Positions 52,879 through 64,000 of a stretch of 64,000 nt of DNA are shown piece after piece; position 1 is the stretch's first letter; the number at the start of each line of letters is the position of its first letter. Source of the DNA: the human T2T-CHM13v2.0 reference genome, Homo sapiens; NCBI RefSeq assembly GCF_009914755.1, contig NC_060926.1. One strand, 5' to 3'. The notes below the pieces were generated by a model. It did no database searches, was not told the origin of the DNA, and saw only the letters and a program-made list of their open reading frames with translations. The position numbers and the translations under genes were made by a program.

Positions 52879-53597
52879 TCTTCCACCAGTTTCTCACTCT
52901 TCATCAATGTACTGGCTTTTCATCCTTCTTTGACTTGCCTAGATGCCATGTTTATGTTTATAATCACTCATCTGTAACTTAGAGAAGATAATGACAGGGC
53001 ACCCACCTGGTAGAGTTGTGACGAGGATTAAGAGAGTTAATTTTTTTAGAGTACTTATGACAGTCCTTGACATACATTAAGAAGCTCAATAAATGTTAGC
53101 TGAATGTCACTGGAGAAAACATACCCACAAGCTGACTGTTTTCATTCAAAACTTGTGATCATGAACCTTAAGTGAATATTCCACTCTGCTACTGAACCTA
53201 CTGTGTTTCATTGGTAAATTAGCCTTCCTACTCCTTAAGAGGACTCTTTCACACCACCTGTTTTCTCAAAACTCTTATGTATCTATCCTCACTTCTAGCT
53301 GATGGCCTTACCTCGTACTTTAGAATACATCTAGAATAAAATCCAGATTCCTTAGTATGACTCATGTGATCTGTCTGCAGAATCTTGCTCTGACTTGCTA
53401 TAACTTCCTATATGTGGCTTTCCCCCTCAGTCTCCGGTCACCTCTGTAATACACCAAGCTCTCTCCCATTTCAGGGCTCTTGCACATGCCCTTCCCCTTG
53501 CCTGGAACGCTTTTCCTCCACTCATCTCATGACATTTATTAATGTTTTTGGGTCTATTTTAAATGCCATCCTTTTAGACAGGCCTTTCTATTTACTC

Positions 53598-54081
53598 TAT
53601 ATTAGTTTTCTATTGTTTCCATAACAAATCACTGTAAAATATAGAGGTTTAAATAATGCAGGTTTATTATCTTATGCTTCTGGAGGTAAGAAGTGTAATA
53701 TCAAGGTGCTGGCAGGACTGAGTTCCTTCTGGAAGCTCTAGGGAGGAATGTGTTTCCTTTGCTTTACCAGCTTCTAGAAGTCACCTACATTCCTTAGCTT
53801 GTAGCTGCTTTTTTTCCACCTTCAAAATGTGCAACAGTGGGTCATGTGCTTCTCATGCTGCCATATTTTTGGTTCTTCCTTCCATTTCCCTCTTCCACCT
53901 TTAAAGACCCTTGTGATTACATTGGGCCAACCCAGTTACTCCAGAATAATCTCCCTATTTGAGGATTGGCTGATTAGAAACCTTAACTTCATCTGGAACC
54001 TTAGTCCTGTAACCTAACACATTCACAGGCTCCAGGGGTTAAGATGTAGACATTTTGGGGGTCATTATTCTGCCTATCACA
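53598..54081 (-). mobile_element. MLT1C/D MaLR solo LTR
   Basis: ATTAGTTTTCTATTG...TTCCTTCTGGAAGCTCTAGGG...CATTATTCTGCCTATCACA. Confidence 0.85.
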
Positions 54082-55439
54082 CTACCTAAAGTAGGCTTCC
54101 CTAATATTCTCTTGCTTAGCTCTTGTTTACTTTCATGAAACTAATCACAAATTTGAATTTATTTCATTCTTTTCTTGTTTTCTTTTTCTATTCCTTATCA
54201 GAATGTATTCTCTAGTAGGGCAGGAAACTCTCTGTCTTGTCTTTGTGTCTGTAACAAATGGTAAATTCTCAGTAAACATTGATTTAGTTGATGAATGAAT
54301 AAAGGAAGAGTTGTGGATAGGATGGAGCTTGGAATTTAAATTGGAAAGAGATTAAGGTGAAACCTTGAAGAGGTAGTGAACATCCAGACATCAGAGGAGT
54401 AGCTAAGGAAAGCTGGAAGGTGGGAGGCTATGCACTGACAGTAGGACATTGGAATGTATAATGTCACAGGTGAAAAACACTTAGGGCAATTTTAATAGCC
54501 AGGGAAGTTATTTTTAATTATCCTTGGGGAGGTCATGGGGTCCTTTGACAATAAAATGGAAAGTATGGGCTCTCTAGGAAAGTACACAACATATGCATAA
54601 AATTTTGCATTTACTTCAGGAAGCCTACAGTTGTCCTCATCTTCAGTGAATGAGGGAGTGAGTTGGAGGTCAAAAATGACATTATAAGGAGGATAAAGTT
54701 ATAGTGGTTAATGGTATGAGCCTTAAAAGACATTTCCTCCCAACACTGCATCATGGCACCTTAACTTATGCCAGAGTTGGTAATAGTGAGTGGGTTGCAA
54801 GTAAGAGATATATGGGCCACTTAGAATTGGTTACTGGGCCAAGATGGGGCAAAAGGAAATGAGATTTTCACCCCCTCCCCTTTATTTTAGGTTTGTAAGT
54901 ATAATGTATGCTATAAAGTATAAAATAACTACTCAAGTTATCAACACTGTTCTTTTGGGACCGCATGCTCTTTGAAAATGAAGCTCTGGGGAAATGGGTA
55001 AGATAGCTGTAACCATAGACTCATGCAAAAGGGATGATAAATGTTGAATCTGGGGACAAGGGTCTTCTGACAACTGTTCTGAAAGGGTTATATTTCACAA
55101 TTCTCACCACAAAGCATGGAATGAAATTTGAAGCTTTTATGTGATCATGTAGAAAGAATCTCTTATTGTTTATTAACTCTACAGGGTTGAGAATGCTGAA
55201 AATGAAACACAGAGATAGCATTTATAGTTGCTACATTACAGTATCAGTTAGATTTACATCTTCGCCAGGGCTGTGGCTAGTTAGAACATTGTTTGGGAAG
55301 CAGTGGAATCTAGACAACTGAGATGAGGGTTTCCAAGAGAATCCTGGGCATTTGGAGACTCTGGTTCTCCAAACTGCTGTAGGCACATCACACTACCCTT
55401 TCCTTAGGGGAGAAAACTGGCAGTTCTCCCTCATTCTCA

Positions 55440-55900
55440 GTGGCAGAGACCACTGGTTATCCCTTAATACTCTTTCTCCCTTTCTTCTAGAGAAATAGAA
55501 TTTCTGATTTTTTGAGGGGTCCAAGGCATCTCAGAGTAAAGATTCCATTTTCGAGACCCCTTGTAGTTCAGTGGGATGATGTAGCTAAATTTTGGCAAGT
55601 GGGATAAGAGTGACTGGCGCAACTTCCAGGAATGGATTTTTCTCTTCTCTTTCTCTTTTTTCCTTCTTACTGGTTAGAATTCAGATATGATAGCTTAGAT
55701 CAAATCAATCTATTGAATCATTAGGAGCCTATTGGACATAATGGAGCAATAAGATAATAGAATCTGGGTTCCTGGCACCATGGAATGCTATATTAGCTCT
55801 GGGCCACCTACCTGGACTTTTACGGGAGAGAAATATAATCCTGTCTTGCTTAAGCTATTGTTATTTGAGGTTTTTGTTACTCTCACCTGCCTAATTCTTA
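55440..55900 (+). mobile_element. LTR33-like ERVL LTR
   Basis: GATGTAGCTAAATTTTGGCAAGTGGGATAAG...GGACTTTTACGGGAGAGAAATATAATCC...TAAGCTATTG. Confidence 0.55.
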
Positions 55901-55969
55901 TCCTTCTTGTCAGACACTCAGTGAGGTAGGGGAGGAATCTGATGATTTTATCAAGTAACCTGCTTTATG

Positions 55970-56480
55970 AATTATGGTTCGTGTTCCTGTGAATCTTGCT
56001 TCTGCTGATTTAGAGGTCTTGATATCTAAAGGGGAAATTCTTCCATCAGTGACAGGAATAGGTCCATTGAATCAGAAGCTGAGACTGCCACTTGGCCCAT
56101 GTTAGGCTTCTCACACTATTTGCAAACAGAAAAAGGTGGTTATGAAGTTGACTGGATGACTCACCTTGATTACCAAGGAGAAGACAGGTGGCTACTATGT
56201 AAAAAATGGGTGCAATCTGAGGAAGCCTTTATGGTGCCAAGCCAAGTGGTCAAGGTTAATGTGTAATTGCTGTATCCCTCTACAGGAAAAACCATCAGGG
56301 GCTCAAACCCCCTGGAAGAGTCATTTCTCCTGTCTTGACAACCCAGCTGGTTCTTCAGAGGTTCTGGTTAAAGGTCAGAGGAACATAGAGTGGATATTAG
56401 AAGTCATGGAAAACTATAAACATCAGCTGTAGTATTATGGCCAGCTGGAGAAATGAAGTTACAGCCTCTACTTGCATCTT
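55970..56480 (+). mobile_element. ERVL internal remnant (3' pol / dUTPase region)
   Basis: TCTGCTGATTTAGAGGTCTTG...CCATTGAATCAGAAGCTGAGACTGCCACTTGGCC resembles the recalled ERVL dUTPase region; no intact frame. Confidence 0.65.
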
Positions 56481-56645
56481 CTTTCATACTGTATAACATT
56501 TAAAAAAAGTTTTTCTTGCATTTTCGCTTTTCTACTCAGTTTACTTGGGGTTGCTTAACATTTATCATTTAACACTTAAGTGCAGACCATAGAGATATAA
56601 TCATGAGAAGTTCGAGACCTAGAGAGTTCGAGACCTAAAGAACTC

Positions 56646-56646
56646 T

Positions 56647-56702
<56 letters not shown>
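56646..56702 (+). repeat. (TG)n microsatellite, pure (TG)25 at 56652-56701
   Basis: Direct read. Confidence 0.98.
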
Positions 56703-56704
<2 letters not shown>

Positions 56705-58522
56705 TGGGCAGCTACCAGGCAATGGACCATGGTAGTTATTTATTTTTATCTGCCTATTATACTTTCCTGACCCCCTTCCCATTCCTTTTTCTGGTAACAG
56801 ATGCTGTTACCCCTGATACTGTTCCAGGCTGGGCCTTCAAATAGTATCCCACGCCCTGGTTCCAGGGATAAGTTGGGCCAATTGCAGTCTTTATTCCAGA
56901 ACTTCTAAACTTGAGCCAAGGCATGGGTGGATGGCAGGCTGTTGGAGCTGAATCACCTATGGCAATGCCTTTGAATGAAGCACTGCAGGTTTCTGCTCTT
57001 TGGATTTCCAACACTTTGATTTGTATCTTCCCTATGCCTGACAGTTCAGTTCTTCCTGCAATTTTGTAAATGATCTCAAGCTGCTCTCAATTTTATATTT
57101 ATGTTAGGCAGAGTAATTTTCTGTTGCCTGCAACCAAAAGACATTAACACAGGATCCATGAATTCCAAAGTTAACATCGGCTTCACGCCTTGTCTAGTGA
57201 AGTTCAGATACTCCCACTTTACAGATAAGAGAAGGCAAGTGACTTTTTACAGCCAGCCAGAAAATTGGTGGAGCTAGCACTAGCACCAGCTCATTTGACT
57301 CTTTGTTCAGTACATTTTGAACTAGTTTATATTATGCTCAAACTGCTTCCTCTAATGAAAACACAAATGGGTTGCCTTTTTCTTCAAAGCAAAGTGGATA
57401 TAAACATGATGGTACAGGCTGTGAAACAAGGGAAAATGTGAATCATCTTTGTCCATACTGGGCTTGGAAGCAAAATAGCAAAACATTAAAAGAAACACAA
57501 CAAAACCTGCAAGTGTTGATTAAAGACAGAACAAATTGTCCCCAAAGTTACAATGTAAAACAAGGCAAATCCTGAAAATTAAGTTGACAAGCATATACAG
57601 CAATGTGATTTTTTTCTTAATTAAACTGACAAAGATCCCCAGTTCCACACAAATCAACAAAAAGCAACAAAACTACAGCACTAAAAGGAATGATATTAAG
57701 AGCTGCTGAAAGGAGAGTGCAAGAAAAAAAAATGTAATGAAATCCACACTTTGCTGACTTGATATCCCTGGGGTAGGTGGTTGGCTGGGGTGGGAAGGTG
57801 AAGTGAAGTGACAGATAAGTAGTGGGATCTACAAGTTAATTTCTAGTGTCATCCCAAGCAGAAGGTACATGATGCAGGCACAGTGGCTATCTTTTTCTGC
57901 CTTTGAATAAAAGAAATATGAAATAAAAATAAAGATGAAGAGAAGTGCCACAAGAACAAAGGAGAGCTGACCCAACAGAAAAACCTGCTTGGAGATGAAA
58001 GGGTGGGCTGTAAAAGGGTGTGGCATTGTGTCCATCTGTGTCCTCCTGGCACCACTCTGGGTGGGGGATTCCGTGTGTGCATAAGCTCCTCTTCTTCCTC
58101 CACTCCCTCAGTGCTTGATTCTTAGGAGATCCTCTTGATGGATTCTCTTTATGGCTCTATTGATACATTGCACAAATTCAAACCATCTTTTTCAATTCAT
58201 TTTATTATATATAAGAAATGGCTTAACTTTCAGTAAACAGATGCAAAATACACATGCCTCCTGCACTCACCAAGTCCTCGCCAACTAATAATGGCACTGT
58301 TTCTCAATGAGTTTTTTATTGCATCAGAATTCTTCTTAACACAGCTTCTAGCTAGCCATACCGGCCACTCCGAACTGGTCTATGTTGTAAAACCTGTTTG
58401 CCACTTCTGGAAAATTAGAAGAGTAGGCTTTAGAGGCAGATGGGTGAGAATTTACCTGCTATGTAGCCTTGGGAAAGTAACTGAACTACTCTGAGCGTCA
58501 TTGGTAAAAATGGTGCATATGT

Positions 58523-59107
58523 TGTACTAAATCTTACCCTGGATTTGTTTTACTCAGGTATGGTAAGATACACAGATATGGAAATGATTGTCATGAATAA
58601 GACTTTTATGTTCAACAGATCCCTAGAAACAGGAGGTATATAGCACACTATGCAGGGCCACATGGGGGAAGCACCAGACTGGGACAGGAGGCAGAAGGAG
58701 GGTGAAGGGAAAGAAAGAAAGGGCAGGACAGGGTCTTTTTGTGGTTTTTGTGGGAAGGAATGGGTGGTTATGTTGACCAGGTTTGGTACTGGCTAGTTTG
58801 AAAAATTTTAGCCGGCTCCAGGGTGTAGGGGCTGTCCTAGTTGTCTGATGCCTTATCCTGGGATAATTTGGGTAGAGGAATGTTGCCTCCTGGCATATCA
58901 AAGCCAGATAGAGGAGCTAGTTCAGAGTATGGGCTTTGGATTTGTTGGTTTGTGTATTACAGGCATGCTCCTGATGAACAAGTCCTTTACCGGCTTTAGG
59001 AATTAGCTAGCCCTGGGAGGGGCAGTCTCTCAGGATTAGCGAGTTCCCAAGATGTGAAACCATTATAAATTACAAAATTTTTTTAAAAAACCAACATGAT
59101 TAATACA
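58523..59107 (-). mobile_element. MER74-like ERVL LTR
   Basis: CAGGGCCACATGGGGGAAGCACCAG...GGGAAGGAATGGG...TGGCTAGTTTGAAAAATTT...CATGATTAATACA. Confidence 0.7.
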
Positions 59108-60009
59108 GTTGTCCTAAAGTTCAAAGAAATACGTTCAGCTGCATTGTATTTGTAGGTATTAATTGTTTTTTCCTGCCTGTATTTCTCCTTCACCTCCCTG
59201 CTTCCCACACGTTGTGCAGAATGCAATGTCCAAGAAGAGCTAAGTGAGGGGAAAAGAAGCAGAAGTAGCCTGCAGATGGTTTCCAGCTTTTGTTTTTAAA
59301 TGCACAAGGCTATCAGACAATGTAGAGGTTTTCCAGAGGAAGTAGAAGAGAGAATTGTGGAAGAAACAGAGTGGTTAGAAAAAGCAAGAGGAAGGGAGGG
59401 GCTTTCCTCAGACGGAAAAAAAAAGGTTCCCTAGTTCCTCTAGAGGTTCTGCATTTCTTTGAGAAGCAGGGATCCAGGACCTACTTCCTGACAGGACCCC
59501 AGACAAGAATGGCTGCAGGTACATGCATCTCTAGGTGGGGTTCCCTGCATTGGCCCCATTTAGGGAGCATTGGAAGATGGAGTGAGCCACTGGATGAGAA
59601 ATGCCATGTTGGCTGGGACAATGGATACACCTGAGAGAGGCTGTGTGCACACACGACCCAGGCTGGAGGGCTCTAGTACCTTGACACTGTGTATTGCCTC
59701 TTGGATTGCTAACACCCAAAAGATGACTGAGGTGAAATGCCATGCCAGCCTGGTAGGATGGGATCTCAAAATAAATATTAATTTATAGAAAATAGAAAGG
59801 TCCACTATTTCATGCACCCCTGAGTCTGGACTGAGATTTATATCTGCTACATCTGTGAAGCACCTAGAACAGTGCCAGGCATACAGTGAACACCTTTAAC
59901 CACAGACACTGTTATTAGGAAAATTACTTGAATTCTTTGGTAAAAAAAAAAAATCCATTACAATGTGCATAACTGTCCCAGTAAAACTACATTTTTCTCT
60001 TCATGCTCA

Positions 60010-60483
60010 TTCCCTACTTGCTCCCACCCCAGACTCATTTATTCCCATTTTTCTGCTGCATTCTGCCCCAGAAGGCTGATTTTTATGGACTGCCTGGCCC
60101 AGGTTCCTTTGCTATTGGGCTCCGGGATTGGGCTGGCCAGGGGGAGTCACCAGCAGGAGCTGGGAGTGTGGGAGAGACAGAATTGGGGACTTTCTTCCCA
60201 GCTTCCTCCTTGCTCATCACCAAGGGTCTGGTTGCATCCCTGGGTGACCACAGCTCCTGCGGGTGGCTCCCCCTTCACCTGTAATTACAATGATTTCTCC
60301 CTTGCTTGTTCAGGCCCCAGAGTGGGGATGGGATGGCTTTCTCCTGTGATTAGTTCCTTAAGCTCAGCACTCTGTTGGTTCTCTAGTGCTGCCCATTCCT
60401 CTCAGGGCAGTCCCTTCATTACGTTCTCTTCATTTGAAACATCTAAGTAGAATTGTTTTTTGCTAAGACCTTGACCAATAACA
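60010..60483. mobile_element. Old ERVL LTR (LTR16/33/40 group)
   Basis: TGCCCCAGAAGGCTGATTTTTATGGACTGC...CACCAGCAGGAG. Confidence 0.55.
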
Positions 60484-60679
60484 TAAGCAAGATTATTCTT
60501 TTGGTTGTTTTTCTGGCAATGGGAATGGTTATAGTGATCTGGTCACTTTGTCCAACTCAGATTCCATTAAGACCCATGGCTCCTATCAGTAAGCATGAAG
60601 GCTGATTGAGACTCTGAGTCAGCCGGCACTGTGGGGCAATGTTTGGTGGAACATGGGAAGATGTATAGCCAGGGCCTTA

Positions 60680-60885
60680 AAAAGGCTTAGTAGCAATTTG
60701 ACCTGGGTTCAAATTTCATTCCTCCCTGCGATTTACTTGCACTTAGGTAATTTAAATAGCCTAACTGTTCATTTCTTTATCTATATTGTGTGCTTCATAT
60801 TAGTATTCATCTCCTAGGGCTATGGTAAAGATAAGTAAGATAATGATGAAAAGAACTGAGCACGTATGTATTAGCTTCAAGTATG
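60680..60885 (+). mobile_element. MIR
   Basis: GACCTGGGTTCAAAT...TTTCTTTATCTATA...CTCCTAGGGCTATGGTAAAGAT. Confidence 0.65.
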
Positions 60886-61760
60886 TGAATGTGGTTAGAG
60901 GTGTTGCTCTTTGGCATCAGCAATTGGTTTCCATAAAGCCAAACCCTTGTCTTAGCTGCCTTAACATCTTGCTCTAAGCTAAAAAGGTGCAGGTTCTCCC
61001 ATCCTGGGAATGCCTACTGTAGAGTGAGACTAACAGTTCAAAGCCCTTGCCTTATCTGTACAGGACAAAAACTTCCAGAAACAGAGAATGTATTCAGTTC
61101 TTGATAATCACTTCCTGGGTGTGACTTTTGAGGCAAAATGAAAGTCTGCTCCAAGCTTGATGGCTTCATTGAATCTCTGATGCCTCAAAAGCCCTTTCAT
61201 AGATTGCATAGTGAGACTCCAGGCCCAAGGTGACTCGTGGTTGAAGAAACAACCCAGCTTCTAATTCTCACTACTATACAAATGACCTGCAACTGAGCCT
61301 CTCCCAAACACATGCTGTGATGAAGTCCTGGAGGAGAGGTTTGGGGTGCTGGGTGCTCAGAGGGGTGGGAGATCATGGAAGGAATAGGCAGCTTCTCTAG
61401 GGATTTTTCTAGGAGTAAAATCCTTGAGGAAGGTTAACTTGAGGCTCATTTGGGTTAACCATGTGGCACTGGCAGAGTCTTTTCTATGCAGGAAAAGGAG
61501 TCTGGGTAGTGATTCTCAGCACTGGCTGCATCTGGGAATCATCTGGGGAGCTATAAGAAATTGATTCTTGGGTTCCACCCCAATTCATAGAGGGCAGAGG
61601 CTACCTCATATTACTAAATAATACCCCTCTCTTTAGGACCCTTTATGTACAAATATCTGTTTGCCTTTCAGGTTTGTATCTCTGTTCACTTCACAGGAGG
61701 AAGTTAGTCTTGTTTTGAGGACTTATTAATTCTAGCCAAGATCACTTGTTAGTAACATAC

Positions 61761-62150
61761 TGACATAGGTTGGATATTTGTCCCCTCCAAATCTCATGTT
61801 GAAACGTTGTCACAGTGTTGGAGGTGGATCCCTCATGAATGGCTTGGTGCCATTCTCATCCTCTCAGTAATGAGTGAGTTTTCACTCTATTAGTTACCAT
61901 GAGATCTGGTTGTTAAAAAAAGCCTGACACCTCTTCTCTTTTCTCTTGCTTTCTCTCTCACTTTGTGATACACTGACTCCCCTGTTGCCCTCTGCCATGT
62001 TTGTAAGCATCTTGAGGCCTCATCAGAAGCAGATGCTGGCACCATGCTTCTTGTACAGCCTGCAGAACCATGAGCCAAATAAACCTCTTTTCTTTATAAA
62101 TTACCAAGTCTCAGGTATTCCTTTATAGCAACACAAAATGGACTAACACA
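61761..62150 (+). mobile_element. MSTB-like MaLR solo LTR with a short internal deletion
   Basis: TG...CA ends, CAGCCTGCAGAACCATGAGCCAAATAAACC; TSD catac/aatac. Confidence 0.9.
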
Positions 62151-63439
62151 AATACTAAGGGAAACAACTCATACCTTTGGTGTCTCTTGCTGTAACCTGC
62201 CATGCTCCTCTGACTTTGGGACAAGTAAATGAGTAGGGGAGAATAGGGAGGAGGAAGAGCTTTATCATCTGATAATCAACAGTTATTCCATTCTCCTCCC
62301 CTCCTTGATGAGGATTTTCAAGCACAGAGGTCATCTGAGCTGATGCATCTGTGTTAGCACTCTTGTCTCTTGGTTACTCCTAGTGTTGAATTGGTTTCTG
62401 GTTTATTAGCTGGAGTTTTGCCTCCTTCCCTTCCTCTCATGTCCCCTTTCCTTTCCATCTATCTCCCTCCTTAGATTTACCAGCCCTCAACACAGTCCCT
62501 GATACTCAGCAGAGAATGAATGTATTCATGAGTGAATACATGAATGCATATGCCTGTCCTCCTTGCTGTGGGACTCTCAGGGGACTGTGCTCCAGTGAGT
62601 CACTGCCCTCGAGTGCGGGGCTCATCATCACCAGCAGGAGCTCAGCCCCCAGTGGGAGTTTCCTTAGCTGAGGTCCCTGTTAACTGATCCTCTTTCTGCC
62701 CTGGCTAATATTCTCTGCCACAGTCTGTCACAGTGGCCAGCCTGTCAAGCCCTGCCAGGTGGAGACCCTTGGTCCTGCTGAGAGATGTCAAAATGACCAT
62801 TTTGACATTTCCTACTACAGGGACGCAGGAGCCTGTAGTAGGAAAAATGCCTAAAGTGTTCTGTGGGAAGACATTCCCAGCTTGAGTACAATCTCTGTCC
62901 TGTGATGGAGGCCATGGAGTCCCTGGGTCATGCCCCTTGCTTCTGGGGCTAAATGTTCTTGAAAGGGAATCTTTTAGAAGCAGGGGCTTAGCTGAGCTGA
63001 GGAAGGTGACTGGGCTTATAAAACAGAGCTGGATTTGGAAGAGATTTAGAGCTTCCCTCACCCTGAGTCCTTCATCCGTGTCTTTCCTACAATACAGGTA
63101 GGCCAGTGGAGACCAAACTCCAGGTCTCATTTATCTTTTTTCTCTCTAGATGCCCTGGCAAAGACCAGGCTACAACCCAAGGATACATTTGAATTGAGAT
63201 AGCATTTGGCAGCAAATCTTTAATAAATGATGGCATTGATATTATATCTCTGTTAGAGTAATTTACTCCTTACAGTAATTTTGACTCAGTTTGTTCTACA
63301 CAGAGTGTTATTTTAATCATCTTTTCAGTTATTATTAATGAGGTCTCTTGGAGAAAAAATTAGAAGATTTATTTAAAGATTTCCCCCGTGAATTTAAAAC
63401 AAGAATAGGGATGTGAATACAGACTAAAACAAATCAAGG

Positions 63440-63503
63440 GCTACCATAGATATATTCAAAGACTATTGTTTGCTACCATAGATGTATTAAAAGACTACTG
63501 TTT
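63440..63503. repeat. 32-bp tandem duplication (3 mismatches)
   Basis: gctaccatagatatattcaaagactattgttt / gctaccatagatgtattaaaagactactgttt. Confidence 0.93.
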
Positions 63504-64000
63504 GATAAATTGGCAACATAATGGTAGCACTGATGGCAAGGTTCAGGCACACTCTTTCTTATTCAACTTGTCCTGAGATTACCCCTTCCTCTCTCCTGGC
63601 TCCTGCCTCTTCCCTCATCACTGCCGTTGTGCCTTTGCTCATGCTCTTTCTTTGTTCTGTTGTGCTGGACCCATCTAAAGCTCTCTAGTCCAAAGGATCC
63701 TTTTGATTCTCACCTTTCCCAACTTTCTTTAAAACTGATGTCTCCATCTTCAATGGCCAGGGCAATATTGTCTGTAAACATGCCCATAATGTTAAGAGGG
63801 GTTTCTATTAGTTTCCCAACAAACTAATAGTTACTCTGAGAAGGGCATGGAGTTTTATGAACAAAGATCTTTGGGGAATGCTGAGCTAAAGGTAAAAAGG
63901 TGTTTTTTTTTTTTTTTTTGCAGCATTTACCAGAGCCTTTAATATACTGTTGTGCTTTGTTGTGAACCTCCCAATAGGAAGACAGAGTATGCAGCTTTTT

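Overview
Simian-primate (human-like) non-coding DNA made mostly of transposable elements. I find no supportable protein-coding gene, CpG island, intact RNA gene or prokaryote-type system, and the supplied ORFs are TE remnants or chance ORFs. The centre (28.4-44.4 kb) holds two long L1 elements arranged tail-to-tail: an L1PA13-16/L1P4-type on + and an L1MA-type on -. Both have lost their 3' ends at one shared junction, and they contain nested Alus, a full-length THE1C and a 5'-half tRNA-Gln(CTG) retrocopy. A second full-length THE1 interrupts a long HAL1 at 12-16.5 kb. The rest is Alu, MIR, L2, MER DNA transposons and ERV1/ERVL/MaLR LTRs. I did not find a new biological system. The best observations are mechanistic footprints (two tailless retrocopies, a double fold-back templated insertion, a misplaced L1 ORF2 fragment, the L1-L1 fusion junction), intact DUX4-type sites in both THE1 5' LTRs, an unexplained double hairpin at 62.8 kb, and three unexplained segments that might be decayed coding sequence. 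Subfamily names come from recalled consensus sequences and need RepeatMasker/Dfam confirmation.
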